A stretch of 64,000 nucleotides of DNA from a phage: NCBI GenBank assembly GCA_024672315.1, contig GCA_024672315.1_4714.1; one strand, given 5' to 3'. Of the stretch, positions 55,513 to 64,000 are shown piece by piece (position 1 is the first letter of the stretch; the number at the start of each line of letters is the position of its first letter). A model generated the notes under the pieces. It was not told where the DNA came from. It worked only from the letters and a program-made list of their open reading frames with translations, and searched no databases. Both the position numbers and the translations under genes were made by a program.

Positions 55513-55544
55513 GCATAAGCCCTCCCATGCCGGGAGGGTACAAT
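55513..55544. promoter_or_regulatory. GC-rich intergenic stem-loop (related family)
   Basis: gcataag CCCTCCC atgcc GGGAGGG tacaat; on the coding strand followed by TTATGCC, A-rich leader with AAGGAAAC RBS and the methyltransferase ATG. Confidence 0.75.
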
Positions 55545-55636
55545 TATTCATTTATGTGGGTAAAGGTGTGGATCGGCAGCCGTTGAGGCGATAACGCAAT
55601 AGAACGGCCGTTCATTAATAACTACTGTTTTGATGC

Positions 55637-56143
55637 TCATGCTAAAATTCCCTCATTACCTAACAGTCGATTACGATGACGTCGGTACATTTGACAAAGT
55701 GTTGTGATTTGATAATGTTTGTTGTAGCGTACCTCGATACGTTTTTGCACCTCTTTCCATGGAAGTTTATCGTATTGTCGATAACGATGGATTTCATTTA
55801 ACATACGAAGACGAGTAGGATCGGTGTTCTTTATCGTCGTGAGCTTCACGCGTTGATATCCACGCTGTAGTCCCGATTCGGAATACGTGACATCAAACTC
55901 ATCCTGAATGATGGTGATGATCTCCCGCCACCGACGGTTCTCGCCATCACGTAAATGGACAACCCGCGATAAGATATCGTTCCGATTACGATGACTCAGT
56001 TTGATGTTAAGCATTGAAGCAATCGCGCTAATTGCTCTCTGACTCCGTCCTAACGCTTCACCGATTTCTTTCGATGTCATGACGCCCGCGTTTCGGCGTA
56101 TGAATGCGATTTCGGTTGTTGTGTATTCTTTACCTACTGCCAT
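55637..56143 (-). CDS. Myb/SANT-like HTH-repeat protein, paralog 1 of 6
   Basis: 168 aa; HTH-like repeats (TEIAFIRRNAGVMTSKEIGEALGRSQRAISAIASMLNI) shared with the five upstream genes. Confidence 0.7.
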   Translation of the reverse strand: MAVGKEYTTTEIAFIRRNAGVMTSKEIGEALGRSQRAISAIASMLNIKLSHRNRNDILSRVVHLRDGENRRWREIITIIQDEFDVTYSESGLQRGYQRVKLTTIKNTDPTRLRMLNEIHRYRQYDKLPWKEVQKRIEVRYNKHYQITTLCQMYRRHRNRLLGNEGILA

Positions 56144-56607
56144 TTCTTACCACGTGTGTTATAATAGTAACGCTGACAAAGATGTGTGTGACGATACTCC
56201 CGTTTGAACTCGACGCTGATAATGCGAGCAACTTCTCTCCAGTTAACCCCTTCACGTCGAAGTGCTGTAATACGGTCTGAAATTCTGCACCATTCATCCG
56301 GGTCGTATCGTCGTAGCTTGAGTCGTCGTATTACGGAGGCGACGCTCGCTCTCGATCGGCCAAGATGATTTGACAGCTGTTTGACCGAGTATCTGTGGAT
56401 ATTGTCGCGAATATAGGAAATCTCGTTGTCCGTATATGCCTCATTGGTTCTCGACGAAGGGAACAGCATATACAGCTTATTCTTAATCGCGCTTTCTGTG
56501 CGTTGAAATACAGCAGCCAGCTCACTAACCGGTGGTCTGGGTATCCGGTCCGCGTAATCCTCGAGGCGTGAGAGTTCCTCATCTGTCCAGCGATGGTACT
56601 TGCGCAT
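56134..56607 (-). CDS. Myb/SANT-like HTH-repeat protein, paralog 2 of 6
   Basis: ORF track starts at 56709; ATG at residue 35 (MRKYHRWTDEELSRL...) has AAGGAG RBS; contains ..IRDNIHRYSVKQLSNHLGRSRASVASVIRRL.. Confidence 0.7.
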   Translation of the reverse strand: MRKYHRWTDEELSRLEDYADRIPRPPVSELAAVFQRTESAIKNKLYMLFPSSRTNEAYTDNEISYIRDNIHRYSVKQLSNHLGRSRASVASVIRRLKLRRYDPDEWCRISDRITALRREGVNWREVARIISVEFKREYRHTHLCQRYYYNTRGKKWQ

Positions 56608-57082
56608 GGGCAACTCCTTTGTTTTTCGTGTAGTAACACCAACGTTGATACAACGCATGTTTATTCGTTGTAATCCCAAATTTAACAACAACGTCGTAGG
56701 TAATAACATCCCAATTTTGGGTGACGTTAAGTCGTTCCGCGATAAACGCGATAATCGCTTCCCGTTCTTGCTTGGTTAGCGCACGACGAATTCCATTAAG
56801 CCGTATAAACTGACGAACCGAGTCATACGAACGGTTTAAATCGTACGCAATCTCCCGCAGCGATTTTTGTCTGATTACCGACTTGATGTACGCACGTTCT
56901 TCTTCCGTATACGGCCGATGCTTTTGACGTTGACGTATTCCTAAGCGTCCCAGACGCGCGTCGACGCTGGCGCGTGTTCGTCCTGTCCGTTGCGCGATTT
57001 CATCAATCGTCATCGACGTGTTCAAATACAGATGCGTAACATCTTTCAGCTCGTCGTCACGCCACGGTTGAGATCGTCCCAT
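56579..57082 (-). CDS. Myb/SANT-like HTH-repeat protein, paralog 3 of 6
   Basis: 167 aa; W-x2-(D/E)EL ... IDEIAQRTGRTRASVDARLGRL, then ..SLREIAYDLNRSYDSVRQ..; GAGGGA RBS; start overlaps upstream stop by ~26 nt. Confidence 0.7.
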   Translation of the reverse strand: MGRSQPWRDDELKDVTHLYLNTSMTIDEIAQRTGRTRASVDARLGRLGIRQRQKHRPYTEEERAYIKSVIRQKSLREIAYDLNRSYDSVRQFIRLNGIRRALTKQEREAIIAFIAERLNVTQNWDVITYDVVVKFGITTNKHALYQRWCYYTKNKGVAHAQVPSLDR

Positions 57083-57560
57083 CTTGTATCCCTCTTTTCT
57101 TTCTATGATGCCACCAACGCTGATAGACAGCCTGCTTCGTACGTGTTATACCGAAATGCGCATTAACCCGTTCAGCAATGTGGTGCCAATCCTGCGTTTC
57201 TTCCAACAATGTATCAACGAAGGCTATGAAGATCTTAGTATCAGCCTCGCTTAACCGCTTGAAACCATGACGATGTGCTATCGTTCTGATACTGTTTGGA
57301 TCCCTGTTTAAATCGCGCGCGAGCTGTTTATAACTTTTGTGTTTGCAGTGCACTCTGATGTATTCCAACTCATCGACACTGAAACGTTTATGCGGTTTAC
57401 GACGTTCAACATTTAAGTATATCAACCTCGATTTAATTGCACCGTACGTTGTTTCCATGATTTCTGCGATTTCACGGATTTTTAATTTCGGGTGACGATA
57501 GTACAATTCCAGCAACTGTTCATCATCCTTACGATTCCATCGTCGTACTGGAGGTTTCAC
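57057..57560 (-). CDS. Myb/SANT-like HTH-repeat protein, paralog 4 of 6
   Basis: 167 aa, GTG start with AGGAG RBS; three repeats (W..KDDEQLLELYYR..IREIAEIMETTYGAIKSRL; ..SYKQLARDLNRDPNSIRT..; ..WHHIAERVNAHFGITRTKQAVYQRW). Confidence 0.7.
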   Translation of the reverse strand: MKPPVRRWNRKDDEQLLELYYRHPKLKIREIAEIMETTYGAIKSRLIYLNVERRKPHKRFSVDELEYIRVHCKHKSYKQLARDLNRDPNSIRTIAHRHGFKRLSEADTKIFIAFVDTLLEETQDWHHIAERVNAHFGITRTKQAVYQRWWHHRKKRGIQDGTISTVA

Positions 57561-57573
57561 AACGAGATTTCTC

Positions 57574-58041
57574 CTATTCTACGCGTTTTAATGCTTGAGT
57601 GTAGTAGAGGCTATGAACACCGCTTAACGTGTAATGGGTGTTAAATTCGTTATTGATGATATTCCGTATTCTCTCCCAGGTGTTATTCTCTTTTCTAAGC
57701 GTATGTATTCGATAATAAATCATCTCTCGACGTTGCGCTTTGCATGCAACAATACCGTAACGGTAGCAGAGTTTAGCGATTGCGTCCACGCTACGGTTGA
57801 ACATCGCTGCAGCTTCTTTTACGCTATGCGTCTTAAGATAATCGGCTAACATCACGCGTTCTTCGAAACAGCAATAGCGGTGACGCGACATGAGTTTCCA
57901 GCGCTTGCGATTACGGTTAATTCGACCTTGAACAGAGCCTTCTGTTCGGTCAAGCCGTGCCGCAATCTCTTGCATCGGGATACCGTTTCGGTACAGGGTA
58001 ATCAATATCGCGTCTTCTTCGGGTGTCCAGTCCTTGACCAT
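57574..58041 (-). CDS. Myb/SANT-like HTH-repeat protein, paralog 5 of 6
   Basis: 155 aa; WTPEEDAILITLYRNGIPMQEIAARLDRTEGSVQGRINRNRKRW is a near-canonical Myb-type repeat. Confidence 0.7.
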   Translation of the reverse strand: MVKDWTPEEDAILITLYRNGIPMQEIAARLDRTEGSVQGRINRNRKRWKLMSRHRYCCFEERVMLADYLKTHSVKEAAAMFNRSVDAIAKLCYRYGIVACKAQRREMIYYRIHTLRKENNTWERIRNIINNEFNTHYTLSGVHSLYYTQALKRVE

Positions 58042-58053
58042 AGTGCCACCCCA

Positions 58054-60789
<2,736 letters not shown>

Positions 60790-60824
60790 GATGGGAGGGA
60801 CACAGGCAATACGCTTTTATTTCG

Positions 60825-61433
60825 TCACGACTTCACGACGCATTCGACTTCGTCGTTCATATAAGCTTCGTATAACGACAGCACTTCCTTCATTTTAATT
60901 TCAGGTAACGCGACGGAACGAATCGCTTTCAGGATATTCCGTGTTTGATGGTGTTTAACCTTCGCTTCACGGGATTTACAGAATTGACGGATACAGGTAT
61001 TAACCTTACCCCCTTCAGCACGTTCGAGGGCGACATGCAGTTTCAGGTCAAGTAATACTTCTGTGAGTTCCTGGGTGGCAGGATCGTTACGAATAAGCCG
61101 CACCGTCCGTTCATCTGGATTCAGCATCTCGAGGAACTGAAGCTTGATCTGTTCAGGTACGGGTTTCGTGTTCATCATGATGGCATCAAGCTGTTCCTTA
61201 ACACCCGGCTCATTAAACACGTAACGTTCGATGCTTACGACGTGTTCTTTTCCTGACTCGCCATAAACCGCCATCGCACGATAGTCATCAAACAGCACGG
61301 CATACAACAAATCCTGTTCCGGTCCGATGGTACCATCGATGAGCTTCGGCGCGTGCTTCTTCAGGAAGCCATAGCGAACAGCTTCATCCGGCATGAGCGT
61401 CCACGCATTAACGGGTTGCTTTACGAGTTCCAT
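60825..61433 (-). CDS. hypothetical protein
   Basis: ORF track starts at 61457; ATG at residue 9 (MELVKQPVNAW...) has GAGGTG RBS. Confidence 0.7.
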   Translation of the reverse strand: MELVKQPVNAWTLMPDEAVRYGFLKKHAPKLIDGTIGPEQDLLYAVLFDDYRAMAVYGESGKEHVVSIERYVFNEPGVKEQLDAIMMNTKPVPEQIKLQFLEMLNPDERTVRLIRNDPATQELTEVLLDLKLHVALERAEGGKVNTCIRQFCKSREAKVKHHQTRNILKAIRSVALPEIKMKEVLSLYEAYMNDEVECVVKS

Positions 61434-61701
61434 GTAACACCTCATCAAGATTATCACTTACACCTGGCGGTACCACGATACCGGTACGAATCACGGCAGC
61501 AACTTCCTGCATGCCTTTACCCTTCAACGCATAGGTTTCATGTACCGTATTACGTCGCGTCGTTAACCCAACAAATTTACATACAACCATGTTGTTTTCT
61601 GAAAGGTAAGCGGTGTCGAGTTCACCATGCAACAATTCTTTCTCTTTGGTATCAATACCCAATAACGCAATTTGATAAGCTGAAAGTTTCCAATAGCGCA
61701 T
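61408..61701 (-). CDS. hypothetical protein
   Basis: ORF track starts at 61728; ATG at residue 10 (MRYWKLSAYQ...) has GGGTG RBS; overlaps downstream gene start by ~26 nt. Confidence 0.55.
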   Translation of the reverse strand: MRYWKLSAYQIALLGIDTKEKELLHGELDTAYLSENNMVVCKFVGLTTRRNTVHETYALKGKGMQEVAAVIRTGIVVPPGVSDNLDEVLHGTRKATR

Positions 61702-61717
61702 GTTATCACCCAAACTG

Positions 61718-62134
61718 TTAAGAAGCATCCTGTTTAATGTTGATGAGTATTTCCGTTCGAACCGAATTAGTCAGCACAGCACGCATACGTTCAAGCATCA
61801 TCGGGTTATCCGTAACCACCACATCGGCGTAACACAACGGATGGCTTTCGAATGCTTCGGTGTCACTTACTAACAGAACACCCATCACATTTACGTATTG
61901 CGGTATGCGTCCACGGATGCGTTGCCACATGTCTTGAGTAAGGTCTTCGTTTTCTAATGCGACCACGATAACAGGGCTGATATTTACCGGGAAACGCGGA
62001 TGCACCGTGCGGCGAAAGGTTACCCAGCTTTCGACGTGGGATAATGCAAGTTCGAGAGAACAGCACTTTGGAGAAATCTGTATGTTTATTTGCTGAATCA
62101 ATGAAAGGGGGTTTTGTACAGTCGCTTCAGCCAT
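61718..62134 (-). CDS. hypothetical protein
   Basis: 138-aa ORF abutting the stop of 62135..63112. Confidence 0.7.
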   Translation of the reverse strand: MAEATVQNPLSLIQQINIQISPKCCSLELALSHVESWVTFRRTVHPRFPVNISPVIVVALENEDLTQDMWQRIRGRIPQYVNVMGVLLVSDTEAFESHPLCYADVVVTDNPMMLERMRAVLTNSVRTEILINIKQDAS

Positions 62135-63112
62135 TTACTTTTTCCTGAAAATTAATGTCGGTAAGCCGTTTCTTACAGCATAATACAACACTAAGAGGTT
62201 AATCTTGCCAGCGGATACCGTAAGCATTTTACGACGACGTGGTAAACTAACCGGTACGGTAGATGCCATCGTTGCGCTGTTCTTGAACGTTTGGGAATAA
62301 CGTCGCAGCGACGCTTCACCTAACAATGGAAGGAACAGATCCTCGGTAAGAATATCATCGCAGATATACGTAATCGCAAGTAACGGCGGATTCCATTCGT
62401 TCAGGAACTCGAAAATCTCGTTTGCGATACCCATCGCGTTATTGGGAAGCGGAACCTCACGAACGTATTTCTGATTGCCTTTATCCAACAGGATTCTTGA
62501 CATACAGTAGTCGTGGATTATACCCGCAACGTCATCCGCTGTTTCTGCGTTCTGCATCAACGCTCGTGCTTCTTCCCAGGTCAGTTGACGTTTTGTTTCG
62601 TAGTAGGTTGGTTTCAAAACCGCGTAAAAATCGTGGATTAAGCGACCAACATCCCCACGGGTTTTCTCCGCCAACGCGATCGCGTACGCTTTCTTCTCCG
62701 CATCCGTTAAGATCTGATTACGCCACAGCTCGTATTCGTCTAACAGCTCGGTGTATTTGGCTGTCCATTCAGAGGAAAGATAATAACCAATACTGTCAAT
62801 CAATGCGTGCGTTAAAACACCCAGACGCTCGCGTCTTGGATCGACCGACGGCTCATAGACAAAAGGTAGCTTCGGTTTTTCAAAGCCGCTGGCTACGACG
62901 GTATCTGAAAAAGCGTTAGCGAAAACACCCATCGGTTTCCATGACGTAAGGAGATCCTGATACAGCATTGGATGAACGTTATTAATCGCTGTGAGTTTAT
63001 CATCGAAAAGACTCACGCTTGGATGTTCGGCATTCGCAAGCTCAAAATAAATTCTTTCGAGCAACGCCTTTACCGCATCGCGTGTCTTATCGATTGGGCC
63101 AACAGAAGCCAT
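62135..63112 (-). CDS. hypothetical protein
   Basis: 325-aa ORF; plus-strand ORF 62422..62919 is its antisense shadow. Confidence 0.75.
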   Translation of the reverse strand: MASVGPIDKTRDAVKALLERIYFELANAEHPSVSLFDDKLTAINNVHPMLYQDLLTSWKPMGVFANAFSDTVVASGFEKPKLPFVYEPSVDPRRERLGVLTHALIDSIGYYLSSEWTAKYTELLDEYELWRNQILTDAEKKAYAIALAEKTRGDVGRLIHDFYAVLKPTYYETKRQLTWEEARALMQNAETADDVAGIIHDYCMSRILLDKGNQKYVREVPLPNNAMGIANEIFEFLNEWNPPLLAITYICDDILTEDLFLPLLGEASLRRYSQTFKNSATMASTVPVSLPRRRKMLTVSAGKINLLVLYYAVRNGLPTLIFRKK

Positions 63113-63126
63113 GTAAATTATCCTCG

Positions 63127-63393
63127 TTAAAAAGTACCCATGATCGATAGGGCAATATGGTCTTTATTCGCACGCGCTTGTAACGACATATCAAGACCGC
63201 TTTTCTTAATATGCCAACGTGCCACCAGTTCCGGTTGGTCAACGGAATACAGCCCTTCTCGATGTTGATTCAACCATTTAGCAATTGGATGCAATTTATC
63301 AGGATCGACCACACCCAATTCCAACCCACCGGGTGTTAATGGTTTAGAATAAAAGTCAAGTGCGTTCCGTAAAAAGTCATCCTCGATGCTCAT
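63127..63393 (-). CDS. hypothetical protein
   Basis: 88-aa ORF; ATG overlaps the stop of a small upstream ORF (ATGA). Confidence 0.65.
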   Translation of the reverse strand: MSIEDDFLRNALDFYSKPLTPGGLELGVVDPDKLHPIAKWLNQHREGLYSVDQPELVARWHIKKSGLDMSLQARANKDHIALSIMGTF

Positions 63394-63506
63394 CGTAGCA
63401 TACCTACCATGCCAATTACGGCAAACAGTACGCCGACGGCGCTATACGCAAGCAGCGCTTTAGCAACCCAAGATTTTATTTCCGTAAGCTCGTCATTATT
63501 CACCAT
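63390..63506 (-). CDS. hypothetical small membrane protein (not in ORF track; coordinates approximate)
   Basis: Hand-translated 38 aa (MVNNDELTEIKSWVAKALLAYSAVGVLFAVIGMVGMLR) with GAGGTG RBS 5 nt upstream of ATG; single hydrophobic helix. Confidence 0.35.
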   Translation of the reverse strand: MVNNDELTEIKSWVAKALLAYSAVGVLFAVIGMVGMLR

Positions 63507-63556
63507 GTTTCACCTCGTTCGGTTATTGTCTGATCTCATACCTTTACCTAAGCGTA

Positions 63557-63579
63557 TCCCCCGTCATTAAGACGGGGTG
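63557..63579. promoter_or_regulatory. GC-rich hairpin immediately 3' of gene 63584..63958
   Basis: CCCCGTC attaa GACGGGG; no U-tract. Confidence 0.6.
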
Positions 63580-63583
63580 CTTA

Positions 63584-63958
63584 TCACCAGAGACGATTAC
63601 CTTCCTCATCCCACCAAGCAATCGCTTGTGTCGACTCGAATGCATTAGGGCGTAACGTCATGCCCTTGTGGTCAACGATTAACCGCAACTCAGTACCGAA
63701 CCACTCAATCGAGATAAACAAACCCTTCCGAATGATTGCTTGATAACCTGATAGCCGGTCAAAGAGTCGTTGAAAGATTTCATCATGCTCACACGACACT
63801 AATGCTTCTGAATAGCGTCGCATCGATTTTGCATCGCTAGGTAAGCGTGTTTTACAGTCCCACCATAACACAGCGTACATCAATGCGGCATTACGCAATC
63901 GTAACGATTGAACTGGCGTTAGCTGCCGTCCTTCAACATCATCGATAATAACGTACAT
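63584..63958 (-). CDS. hypothetical protein
   Basis: 124-aa ORF; stop followed immediately by a GC-rich hairpin (63557..63579). Confidence 0.7.
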   Translation of the reverse strand: MYVIIDDVEGRQLTPVQSLRLRNAALMYAVLWWDCKTRLPSDAKSMRRYSEALVSCEHDEIFQRLFDRLSGYQAIIRKGLFISIEWFGTELRLIVDHKGMTLRPNAFESTQAIAWWDEEGNRLW

Positions 63959-64000
63959 TGCGTCTTATTCCGCGTTTGTTTCCTTAACATGGACACATTC

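Noticed and set aside
62422-62919. 165-aa plus-strand ORF
   Set aside because: Antisense shadow inside 62135..63112; Arg/Ser/Pro-rich translation

Overview
This 64-kb window reads as a gene-dense segment of a large virulent tailed phage genome; I saw no integrase, att site, rRNA, tRNA, CRISPR array or host housekeeping gene. I call about 74 protein-coding genes, almost all on the minus strand in long co-directional blocks with frequent 1-30 nt start/stop overlaps, interrupted by three plus-strand blocks (4.4-8.6 kb, 16.3-19.9 kb, 29.1-32.2 kb). Products recognisable from motifs: an NAD-dependent DNA ligase (58367..60436), a middle fragment of a multisubunit RNA polymerase beta-prime-like subunit (26850..28151), a family-B-polymerase-type 3'-5' exonuclease protein with no polymerase domain (16352..17851), an HNH homing endonuclease (17941..19131), a macro domain protein (31713..32222), a long tail fibre with a P2 gpH-like N-terminus and about ten 40-aa tandem repeats (37278..41057), a SleB/CwlJ-like secreted cell-wall hydrolase (48696..49193), a class I SAM methyltransferase (54844..55494), an HExxH metallopeptidase-like membrane protein (14820..16130) and a lipoprotein inside the tail-fibre module (36717..37223). 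Most other genes are hypothetical. The split RNAP subunit plus exonuclease-only PolB fragment suggests a jumbo phage of the phiKZ-like (virus-encoded RNAP) type with enterobacterial-like base composition (about 45-50% GC by eye), but that placement is inference. The most unusual content is (i) a tandem array of six paralogous Myb/SANT-like helix-turn-helix proteins immediately downstream of the ligase, (ii) a recurring family of GC-rich intergenic stem-loops built on CCCTCC/GGGAGG stems with flanking TATG, (iii) a duplicated ~110-bp upstream regulatory block, (iv) a candidate -1 frameshift site at a T8 run, and (v) a receptor-binding module in which three proteins share one N-terminal domain. 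CDS coordinates follow the supplied ORF track, with the start codon re-chosen in 16 cases from RBS and overlap evidence; hand-located hairpins, repeats and the two small ORFs absent from the track may be off by 1-2 nt. All domain assignments are motif recognition by eye, not database searches.
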